A stretch of 64,000 nucleotides of DNA from Chrysomallon squamiferum. Lineage: Eukaryota > Animalia > Mollusca. Below, piece after piece: positions 52,976 through 64,000 of the stretch. Location: contig CM022677.1 of the NCBI GenBank assembly GCA_012295275.1, positions 5,332,001-5,396,000 of the forward strand, in the 5' to 3' direction. Every line of letters begins with the position of its first letter. Positions within the stretch are counted from its first letter, which is position 1. The position numbers and the translations under genes are program-made. Below the pieces are notes generated by a model that ran no database searches, had not been told where the DNA came from, and worked only from the letters and a program-made list of their open reading frames with translations.

Positions 52976-55304
52976 TTATTACACTAGTAACTTAAATTTT
53001 TCAAAATACATAATTATAGTTTATTAATTTATTAATTTAACTAACATTTTAAAAATAGTTATTTACATCCATCAGAATATATTTTTTATTTAAACATATG
53101 GATAAACGTTTCTGTCTGTCTGTCTAGTTGTTTTTCTGCAAATGTAGATTCAAATACATTATCTGTTTTGGTTCATTAAGAAAAAGAGGAAAAGGAAAGA
53201 AAAGAAAAAAAATATGACAACAAAATGAATACCATGTAAATGAAAAATGAAAATAATGTAAAAGAATAAAAAAAAGGTTTCACTATTCGTTGTAAAACTT
53301 AAAATAAAATTAAAATGAAAGAAAATATATTTATTTCACACACACACAAACACACATACGGTGGTAATTTTAAATCCATTTATAAGATAAGCAAACCTGT
53401 AACATATTTTCAAACTGGGATGTATTACTTTACTGTAAACAAAAAGAAAGAAATGTTTAGTAAACTTCCATTGTTCATGAAACTGAAAATTATTTACATA
53501 AACATGATTAGAATCTTACACCATGACCCAAGTTTCTAAAAGTAGGATTTCTTCCTGCGATGTCTGTTTTGAAGATAAATAATAATAATATTAATAAGAG
53601 AACATTTATTGTTATACAACGTTATTCTTTCTTTTATCGTTCATCATTCAAGAGTAAAACGGTCTGGTGCGAGTTGAAGACAGGTCTCGATTACGACAGT
53701 AGTTTCAATAAATAAATAAATAAATAAATAAATGACAACCCTTTATAAACATTTTCTGAGGCGAAGACAATATAAAAATATACTAATTTTGTCATTTAGC
53801 TGTATCATAATAATAATTTTACATGCGATTGCGTTCGCAGCCGGAAAATGACGAATGATACCGAACAAATCTTTATAACTACCGAAGCATGCTGGACCAT
53901 GCTGACATAAATCCACTTATAAGATAAAAAACAAAACTGGAGCACATTTTAGAACTCCGATGTAGCAAGATACTCGGTTTTCTGTATGAATAAATATCAT
54001 TTACATATCAGTTACCCATATCAACTCTAGTAAAATTTCACGTGTAAATCGCACCGTTCTTTTCGCTGAATATAAATTTATATGTATGAGCTTTAAAAAA
54101 ATATAAAATGCAGTCTTATTAATTTAAAAAAGGACATTATCGATATATGTATGTATATATATATAATGAACACGTAAAAGAAAGCACATTAATTTATTTC
54201 TCAATTTTTGAAGAAAAATAATACCCCCTCCTCTAGCTCTGACTTCTTTACAGTTTGCTGGTTTTGTTACGCATAATTATCATGTATATCCTTGAGGAAA
54301 CTTATTAACTTATCAACTATTAGTCAATGGCATATGCTACGCAATCTAAACTACAGGTAGACCTGAAGAAATGTTTACCAATAGTTATAGCATCCTCTGA
54401 ACTTAATATTAACGTGAATGCTGACATCCTAATAAACATTTTATTATTACTATTTTCATTCAGTCTTAATGTGAAAAAAAATAGGTATATATTCTTGGAT
54501 CAGTTTGGAATCATGTACATCAGAATCTTCTGTAGGCCTGGTGACGTGAGGGTATTGGTTGTCTTTCCATTCAAAAAAGAAAAAAGAAAAAGAGAAAGAG
54601 CATATGACTGAAATAATTTACTTTTCATATCTAAAAATAAAAATACAAGCAGAATAATTTTTCAGACAGTAAGGATGGTAAAATGAGAAACACAGATATT
54701 TACAATCAGACATAGTATTTTTATGTATATCTTCAAATGTCTATCAAATGAATTTATGTCAAAAAAAGAATGTTGTTTTGGTGGGTTTTTTTTTGTTATA
54801 AACAAATTCTAATTATCCCTAATTACATAATTTTAAATATATTTATACAATGATTACCCCCAGCAACCCTTGATTTTCCCCGATTTAAAATATGACAAAG
54901 AAAGAAAAAAAAAACATTTTTTATTTTTTTTTTATTAATTTCTTCTTTTTTTTTTATGAAAAATTCTAATTACTATAATTACCTAATTTTAAATGTATTT
55001 ACATTGATTATCCCAGCAAACCCTTCATTCCCCCCCCCCCCGATTTAAATAATACAAAAATCTTTGATTAAAAAGTTTAACACCTCTATGCACTATCGCA
55101 TTAATTTTAGCTTATATAGAAAAATGGCGTTCCATAGCAATGATGAATCTCTAATCCTCTTTCAGCGATAAAAGTTAGAATAACCAAGCACAGATCAACG
55201 ATAAAAACAGTGCAAGCTGCTATGAAGTACAATGTGTACACTGGATGTTCTGATCACATTGACAATGCAGTCTCTTGAAGATCACTGAGTTTTCAAAATT
55301 CAAA

Positions 55305-56599
55305 TTACGGTTCAGACAGATTTTCTCCTGAAAGTGTTGAGCTTTCTCTGGACAGGGAAGACTGTGATGTAATAGCATTCTGGTGCTCTAGTGAACCTTT
55401 TCTGAAAATGTGTCTTACAACATTTTCAACTGAAGTGCTGGCTGAGGCAGCTTGAATCTGTTGTCTAGGATCCTACAACAATAATTCATTAATAAACTAA
55501 ACATAAAATAAAGTGCAAGTAGTATTTTCTTTTCAGTTCTAACTGCATTTCATTGTCTTAGCAAGAAGACTTGTAGTCCACATTTGTGTTTTTTCCATAA
55601 AATTTTAATAATAAAAATATTTTATTAATTGTTTTTATATTCTTAATTTGAATCAGTTTAATATTTTTCAGCTAATAGTTACAATAATGAATCATTTAGG
55701 TATATTTTAAAATGTATTTAAAACAAAGACAACATTACACAAGCATGAGATAAAATAAGAAAAGAAGCAAAACCTAGATCTTACACGCCAATTTATACAT
55801 CTGTATGACCTTCAAATCCAGCAAAATTATATCCGTATACTAAATTTTAAAATATTATAAATATCTCTAGCCCTACCACACAAAGAATTAAATGTATTTC
55901 AGATTAGAGTCGGATATTAATAAAAGCAAATTACATATTTATACAACTGTTCTGTTCACTACTCTATTAGGCTGACATGCAAATTATTACAAGGTTTGTT
56001 GTTGAACCATTATTGCATTGATTTGACTACTATCTAAACTAAATAACATTTACAATATCAAGATCCTTTATGAACCATTTATATAAAATTATCAATACTA
56101 TTCTGTACATTAAAATAAATTGTCGGCATGCTATTTTTGATTAAATTCATTCTTAATGAAATGAGCTAACAAACACAAAAGTGAATGAATAAAACAAACC
56201 TTTATAGGAGCATTCAATCCACACATAGACATGGATCTTTCAGAACCTGGAGCAAAAAAATCAAAATAAATAAAATAAAACAACAGTTGTACGTATTATA
56301 TTTTTAATTAAAAAAAAAAAAAAAAAAAAAAAAGTCCACCAACTACTACAACAGTTTTTTTTTTTTTAAGTACTGCATCTTTCATCTTATAAATTGTTTT
56401 CTTTAAAGTTAAGTATCTAATACAAAATTGCATTTTACTTTCGAAACATATTTAATAATTAATTTTCAGTTATTAAATTTGTAAAATTCATAGATTGTTG
56501 ACTAAGAATTGCTAATAACATTACCTATTTCTGTAAAATTGCTGCCAAAAGGCTTTTCCACTGACATTAACTGTTTCCTGAAATTAAATAATTATTTTG

Positions 56600-56636
<37 letters not shown>

Positions 56637-57477
56637 CAACAACAAAATAAAACACAATGCCATCCTTAATTAAGTGCATCAATGACAACAAAGATATGTA
56701 TAAATTCTTAAGATCTTTTAATTCACCTCAATTTCTATATAAATATCATTATCATCTTTGTCAGTTAAAGAGGTGAATGGAAAAAGAAAAGACAGTGTAA
56801 ATGTATCAACTCACTGTTTGATCTTTCTTATGCGATCAACATTAACGTTCTCAACATGAGTTATTTCCATTGTACAACTGAGTCTCATCTCCTACAAAAA
56901 AACACACAATTATATTTGAACTGATTTTACGTGTAGAATTCTCTGGTTGTTAATTATTACTACTTTTATATATAAATAAATAAAAAATAAACAAATATAA
57001 AAATAAGTAAAATGAAGTAAGAAGACAGCGGAAAGATAGAGAAAATATTTTGCATAGAATTTTGTGAAAGACTGATGAATTATTTAAAATGGAAAGGTTT
57101 ACAATGAATATTGTATTTAAATACCTGCTGGACAGCACCAAATACTTCAACTCTACTGGAGACTCAAGCTGCTCTTTGTTCCAAAATGTCAATCTGAGTT
57201 TGTTTTTTAGTTTTTTAGTTTTAGAAGCAGTTTTTAGAATTGTTTTTCCTTAACAAGCTGATTTAACTTCTAAATCCACAGTTTAGTATATTGGTTTCTT
57301 CAGTTCCTATAAATTATGTGATTAAAGATCTGAAGTCATTCAGTAAATACTGACATTTCCTTGTTCTTCGTCCACATTGTTTTCAGCAATGTTCCTTGAC
57401 CTTTCTTAAATCTCTTTTCTTTGCTCTTGAGTTAATTTGTCCACCTTGAAGGCCAGAAATAGACTTAGGAACTCAGT
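55305..57477 (-). pseudogene. IRAG: IRAG/MRVI1/LRMP(Jaw1)-family coiled-coil gene fragment; exons 57125-57477 (probably two), 56815-56891, 56525-56577, 56200-56246, 55305-55472
   Basis: TEFLSLFLAFKVDKLTQEQRKEI*ERSRNIAENNVDEE, QIDILEQRAA*VSSRVEVFGAVQQ and EMRLSCTMEITHVEN match the recalled LRMP core [67 protein letters not shown]. The four downstream exons are phase-compatible. In-frame stops lie in the core. Confidence 0.85.
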
Positions 57478-58744
57478 CTGTTTAAGATACCAAAAATAAA
57501 CCATAATATATATATATTCAATCAAAAGCTAATGTAAAAACATTCAAGTGACATTACACTGAAAATAATATTATATGTTTATAAAACAATAAGCATACAT
57601 TTTATTAGTTCTGACATCATTTTGTCAATAGGAAACATAAAATACCTGATATACTGTGGATATAGTGTAACATATAGTGTGTGTGTGGGTGTGTGTGTGT
57701 GTGTGTGAAAGAGAGTGTACGTTTGTTTGATTTTTGGCATGTCTATCTAAAAAATGACTTTTTGAAATAGGAAAATATCAGGCCTCTATCTGCTTTCATA
57801 AGCTTGTTATTTTATTTTCAGACTAAATTCATTGAAGATTGTCTAGTATAATAAGTTAAACATAAATGTGAAAAAATGAATTATTACTGCATTTAATAAA
57901 AACTAAAACCATCTCCAAAACAAAGAACCTACTCTAACTGAATAAAAAATCTTTTTCACATAAGTATTGTTTATCACATTGAAAGATCACAAAGAGATAT
58001 CATTAATCTAAAATCACAAATAAATCACATCTTTAAGTAAAATTCTCATCTGATAAGTTGGTGAACTGAAATACAAATATACAGTTGAGACAGCTGTCCT
58101 AACAGGAAAACATATCTGGATAGTGCTGATATTTTGCTAGTTAAGGAAAATGATGGATGCAACACGAACTGCTGAACACAAAAGATGTTTCCTGAACTAA
58201 TTTAACTAATGTCTGCAATGACTGAAATAAGAAAACATCAGTATAAATAAAATGCATAAACATGCAATAACTCTACATGATTTAAATACACATAATTGAA
58301 AACAAGGACTGAAGATATCATGTCATGTTACATGTAATTATACATGTTTTAATCAGGTGTTTGCTCAAACCTGTATAGTGGGATTCAGTATACACAGTGC
58401 AGACATTATTACACACAGTCAGATGACTCTAACCAAAAAACCAGATAGAAATGCATTTAATACCACTTTGAAAATGAGATTTTGACCAAGGTGTAACCAG
58501 ACTTGCTGATCATAATTCATTGTCAAAAATAAAGGACAACTGATTTTTTTGGGGACAGAATAGAACTGATTCTAATTTTAGATTTGATTAAAAATAAAAG
58601 TTTACAGTCTGGCTACAACAATAAACTTACCCAGAATAATAATATTTTAATATGAAAAGATCAAGAGAATTCTAATTAATTAATTAACTGCTATGATTTT
58701 AAAATGAGATGATATAATTAATTCAAACCACAAAAAAGTATTTT

Positions 58745-59420
58745 ATGCCATTATTAAATTGATTCTATACTATCTAAAGTAAACATCATTTGTGAGAAAT
58801 TTATATAAAATTATCAATACTATTCTGTGCATAAAAATAAATTTTGCTACTTTTAACTTAATCCATCCTTAATCAAATGAGCTATAAAACACAAAAGTGA
58901 ATGAATAAAACAAACCTTTATAGGAGCATTCAATCCACACATAGACATGGATATTTTAGATCTTGGACAAAAGAAATTAAACTCATTCTTAATTAATGAA
59001 AATAAATAAAACAATAGTTATGTAGATTATATTTTTAATTAAAAAAACAAAAAAACAGAAAACACACACACAACAAACTACTACAAACAAAAAACAACAA
59101 ATAATAGAACTTTCACCTTATAAATTGTCTTCTTTAGTGTTGAAACACTAATATCAAAATGCATTTTAAACCCCAATACAATAATTAAGTAGCATCAGTA
59201 ACAACAAAAATTGTTCATTCTAATTATTTTTTACCTTAATTTTTATACAAGTATCATCTTTATCAGTTAAAGAGGTGACACATGTGAAAGGAAAAAGAAA
59301 CGACAGTGTTAACTTACTTGGTCTCTTCAAGCTCTGATCTTTTTTGTGTGGTCGTTTAATCAACACAAATAACCATTACTTCACATGCATGGAAATGAAA
59401 GTCATGTCCCTCATTTCTCT
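58745..59420. repeat. Diverged direct duplicate of ~56010-56890, including IRAG-like exons
   Basis: AAACACAAAAGTGAATGAATAAAACAAACCTTTATAGGAGCATTCAATCCACACATAGACATGGAT at ~56171 and ~58887. TCAGTTAAAGAGGTGA at 56761 and 59263. Confidence 0.85.
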
Positions 59421-59479
59421 GTGAAAATATATAATGTTTATTAGTATTAAAGGTATTTTATCTGTTTTTATCAATGTAA

Positions 59480-60240
59480 GTTATTGCTAAATATATGCGA
59501 GTATTCAACATAAAATATAAAAGGTAAAAAGAGAAACAATAAGAGTAAAACTGTAAGTGGAGAAAGTGAACAGAAAATAAGGGTAAGCAGTAGCCAAGCT
59601 GGTCAAGAAGTTGCTATTACAAGGATGTCAAATACACAGAATAACGAGATGTTCATCTGCACCATTTTATCAGTCAACACCAATTCAACAGTGTCAGCAG
59701 TCACAGTATGGACAATACCAGGGTCATTATTCTGGGATAATTTCACCAGTTTGTGCACATTCAAGATGTCAGTATGTAATTAGATACCCTGATTAAAAAG
59801 TTATTATAAGGTTTGTTGGTGCTTAAACCATTATTAAATTGATGTATCAGTGGTGAAATGATTGATATTTAGAAAAAAGTACAAGATATGAATTACATTC
59901 ACTAACAGTTTGAAAGCAATAAAAATAAAACTGAATAGTATGGAATTAAATACAAGATATCAGTGGTAAAATGTATGAATTACAATCACAGTTTGAAAGC
60001 AATAAAAAGATCTCGGAGATTTGAAATAAACTGTGTCAGATATGAACAGTTCTACTTATGAAATGAGAGATAATAATAACAGTATGAAACAAAACATATG
60101 TGAATTAAAAACTGAGTTTGGAAACTTAAGAAAAAATGATCTACAAACTCGCTTCATGTGTGACAATTTAATCTTTAGTGGGATACCAGAGAAAGATGAG
60201 GAAGACACAGATGTGAAATTTACAACAAAATAATCAGGTT
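59480..60240 (+). mobile_element. LINE ORF1 relic (coiled coil followed by RRM start)
   Basis: ICELKTEFGNLRKNDLQTRFMCDNLIFSGIPEKDEEDT matches the DLQ.RSMR.NL.F.GIPE motif of transposase-22-like ORF1 proteins. The 5' boundary is uncertain. Confidence 0.65.
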
Positions 60241-60277
60241 TGTATAAAAGTAAGTGTGTGTGTGTGTGTGTGTGTGT

Positions 60278-60339
<62 letters not shown>

Positions 60340-60434
60340 TATGTTATAAAATGGAACTTCCTACGTTAAATTAAATTAAACAACATTAGGTTTAGAATAA
60401 TGAGAAATACATAAGAAAACAAACTCAAATTCAC

Positions 60435-60552
60435 CTGTTCCAGTTTTTTCTCTTTTCCAGTGGCAGCAGTACAAACTTTATCATCAGTGCTGGTCAGCAC
60501 CTTCTACTGAAACAACTTCACTAGCAAACATCAGCATTCAATTATGTGCCAT
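60435..60552 (-). other. Exon-like segment, unidentified
   Basis: Minus-strand TTTTTTCAG acceptor and CAG|GTGAAT donor. The 3' part reads KVLTSTDDKVCTAATGKEKKLEQ. Confidence 0.45.
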
Positions 60553-61131
60553 CTGAAAAAAAATATAATAATAATAATAATAGAAATAATAAACTGTTAT
60601 AAATAAATAACTAATGTTTCCATTATTATTAAAATTAAAATTTTACTGGTACCAGTTACTCGATTATTCAGACACAAAGGGGTGTGGAATATTTTTGATA
60701 TACTTTGTATAATCATGATAATGATGATAATGGTATTAATTTAATTAATTAACAACACAATGATTCTTATTATGCTATTTTACAATCAGTAAAGAGTTGT
60801 TACTATAAAATTTATTTCACTTTCTCTAAGAAATAAAAATAAGATAAAGAACTTAAAACTAGGAATTGTGCAGTCTGCAGTTTCTATACAGCTGATTCAT
60901 CCTTCTCCATAATGTAAATTCCCTTTCTAGACAGCAACTGAACAATACTGCAATGACCTACATAAAATATTTAACATCAACAGTAAACAATGTTTTTAGC
61001 AATTCCAACATGGACATAATACTTTCTTTTTTTATCAATCTACATTTGTCTGATAAATGCATTCTTGTTTGCTTATTATCATTCATCCAATATGTCTCTC
61101 TCACACACAAACACACACATACAAATGCATG

Positions 61132-61165
<34 letters not shown>

Positions 61166-61173
61166 GAACATAC

Positions 61174-61653
61174 CCTGCCACTGTTGAGAGGTTTCTAAAA
61201 ACATTCTAATACAGGCCTGACAGATCACTTGACACCAGACTGTTGATTCACATTATCAATAGTCTCTTGTATCCCTTCTCTGGAAAATAGCCTGGATTTC
61301 TGTGATGATGAAGTAGGGGACAGGGACCTGGGTGCATTGGAACCACTCTTAATCAGGTACAGAACTAGCCCAGTTATTTGAATCATCTTGTTCTGCTGCA
61401 GCTACAACCTCTGTTGTCTTCTCTCTGTTTTCTTTATCTTCACATCCAGCTTCATTCTCAGAACAGCAAGCTCAGACGTCACCTGCTGTTCAACTTCCTG
61501 GCTGTTGTCTTTGCACACAGCCAATCCAGTCATCTGCCAAGTGGTTTTGTTTGGCAGAGTAGCATATGAAGTCTTTTTACCAGCATCAGCTTGTTTTCAC
61601 AACAACACGGACTGCTATGGAGCTCTGCCCTTTCCTTCTTGTTCCTGTCCATG
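61174..61653 (-). pseudogene. CAMSAP: CAMSAP/Patronin-like exon (CC1 region) with stops
   Basis: AG/GT-bounded. GKKTSYATLPNKTTWQ and VTSELAVLRMKLDVKIKKTERRQQRL*LQQNK resemble recalled Patronin KT.FA.LPNTTTWQ and CAMSAP SEMVHLRMKLEEKRRAIE. Confidence 0.7.
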
Positions 61654-62113
61654 CTGAATATAAACCATCAATACATCCATATTATAGATATTCCAGCAGC
61701 ACTTGCACTCTACAGTGTGGTTCTGGTCAATGATTGTGTAGCTGGATGAGAAATTAATAAAATATTTCACTCAGATCTGATTTTTCATAGAAGCATCTTT
61801 AAATAAATTTGGAATATTTTCTCCACATGATCTAGAAAACATCAAATATAAACAAATATTAATAATGAAAAATAAAATGAATAATAATAATAAAGATTAA
61901 AATAATAATAATAATAAAAAATAAAACACAAAATAATAAAAATTAGTAATAATAATAAGATGATTAAAAACAAAAAGGAAATACAACAAAACAAAACAAA
62001 ATGTTGATTAATAAAATAAAATTTGGCTGCCATCATATGACTTTTAAATTATAATTAAATAAAACGAAAGAGATCCAAACGCATTATCAATTATAATAAT
62101 AAATAGTAATACC

Positions 62114-62240
62114 TGTCTCCTTCACAAAATGAAATGATAATGCGATTACCCCAATTCTGTAGAAAATTCTTTGAACGTCAATTAAGAAGGTAAATCCGTG
62201 AAGACCGATAATCATCCCGCACTTTTCCGCAACTACTACA
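62114..62240 (-). other. Candidate non-coding first exon of the minus-strand chain
   Basis: CpG-containing segment ending in CAG|GTATTA donor at ~62113. Confidence 0.35.
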
Positions 62241-62383
62241 CTACAAATAAAATTAAAATAAAACAAAAATAAAAATAATGTTCAAAACAAATAAAATAAA
62301 ATAAAATAAAGGAGCATAACAACCTTTATTAAAATATACGTACTAATTATAAATCGATGTGGTTCATCTTTTATTTATTTATT

Positions 62384-62415
<32 letters not shown>

Positions 62416-62660
62416 ATCTCATTATTAACCAATCGTTTACCGTGATCTTCAAATAACGGTGTTGTTATTCCCCTGCTTTTTCTTTCTTCTCATTATTTAT
62501 ATGAATGCACCAAATAAAATCACATAGCTTACAATTCACACTACAATAACTTGCTTATTACTGTCCAGGAATATACCAATCTTTGATATACGTCTGAAAA
62601 CATCGTCTGAAAAAAAAAAAAAAAAATACAGAGCGTACTTTCAGTTCATTTTAATTTTTA

Positions 62661-62718
<58 letters not shown>

Positions 62719-64000
62719 TAGGAAAAATAGAAGAAAACTTAAATGATATTCCATTATGTATACAGTTATCATATTTATTTTGTAAAACGAGCGCAGTTTA
62801 CACTATGAATCATATAACATCACATACTTATAAAATAAGGTGATATTTTTAATTAAGGATACCTCTATTTTCACGAATAAATTATATAAACATTATATAA
62901 ACATTATAAACAAGCGAAAATAAGCTGTCAGTTTTACTTAAGGATAACGCTATTTGCACTGTTCATTTTACCACTGAGTCATAAAAATACATTTTTATTC
63001 AAAATAAATTTTAAAAACGTGTGCACTATTTGTGTAGTAGTTTATACGGGATTTTAGTTACATTGTGATACAGAGAACATTCAAAGTTAGAGAGTAGCGG
63101 TGACACCAACCGTGTAAATTGTAAGAGAAGTCCGATATCTTGAATAACTATGAATATCCTTCCAGACTAGCTACCATTATTTCTCTGTTTAGAAAAAGTT
63201 AAGTATCAGCACTACATGTCTAATTATAAATATGTTTTGTGCTATTAGCGTTTATTAAGCAAATTTGACAGAATTCAACTGAGAGAGATTTTTTTGATTT
63301 TAGATATGTCTCCAAAAAAAATAATAACATTGTCTCAACAAAAACACTACGTTACTTTTGCTGAGTAACAAATTATTCTGACATGATATAGTAAACACAA
63401 CATCAATTACATTGAGAAATATCACATTAACATCACAGTTGCTAATGAATAATTAATTATTTGCTAATATCTAACAGCGAAACCTCAGCTTTTCAATACA
63501 CACCTGTCTACAAAAAGAAAATCAATATTTAATTACCATTTGAGGTGCAACTAAAACCCAATCCTGATTTTGTTAGTAACAGAGCAATTAGGAATTTGGA
63601 AGGCCTCTTTATTTCTAAATTATAGATGGAACTTCCGTGTTGTAATTTTAGCTTTGTATGTGACGACAAAAATATATAGAGAACATTGTGCAACTAAATT
63701 CAGATACCGCTTCGAAGTGTCCGTTTTAGTAAAAGTAACGTGAAATTTTACTTTGTTAATTCGAAATCATATAATAGAAAGGTGTAATTTTACTGTACGT
63801 GGAACTTAAATATTATGTACACTACAGAAAATATTGATAACCACAGTTAATATATTAGATATTACTGACAGTTATAAATGATAATTCTACATGGCGTCAT
63901 GAAAATAAGCGGTTTAATTACTTATAAAAAGAACAAGATGAAGATTAATTATGAGCAGTGATATTTACAGTTTGAAGGTTAATTATGTTGAGAAATGTTA

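Larger units (their letters stand above)
43740..54250 (-). repeat. Right arm of the inverted duplication (extra sequence at ~47745-50240 and ~50830-52070)
   Basis: Reverse complement of 29890-36613; see left arm. Confidence 0.95.

Noticed and set aside
61378-61657. + strand ORFs of 63 and 89 aa
   Set aside because: Antisense of the CAMSAP-like exon.

Overview
This is AT-rich, microsatellite-dense metazoan genomic DNA that looks mollusc-like, possibly cephalopod (low confidence). It has no rRNA, tRNA or CRISPR features that I can support. Most ORF-track entries are simple-repeat artefacts. Real content: (1) an intronless prolyl 4-hydroxylase alpha copy split by one frameshift (5162-6632). (2) A + strand chain of degraded, still splice-site-bounded exons from an MCC homologue (8.8-11.3 kb), followed by RNI-like LRR exons (12.5-24.6 kb). 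(3) A - strand chain joining a CAMSAP/Patronin exon (61.2-61.7 kb) to IRAG/MRVI1/LRMP-family exons (55.3-57.5 kb). (4) A large inverted duplication (about 29.9-36.6 kb versus 43.7-54.2 kb, about 7 kb spacer). Its right arm carries an intact 297-aa gene with basic 38-aa tandem repeats, a TOPORS/ICP0-type C3HC4 RING and a hydrophobic tail. Its left arm carries a frameshifted, RING-less copy that keeps the same TATA/Inr promoter. (5) Mobile DNA: a hAT MITE with a perfect 8-bp TSD, a decayed APE-type LINE, a MULE transposase relic and a LINE ORF1 relic, plus several minisatellites. The window reads as a patchwork of intron-containing fragments of unrelated genes around a palindromic RING-gene pair. 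Protein family calls come from manual translation and recalled motifs, not database searches.
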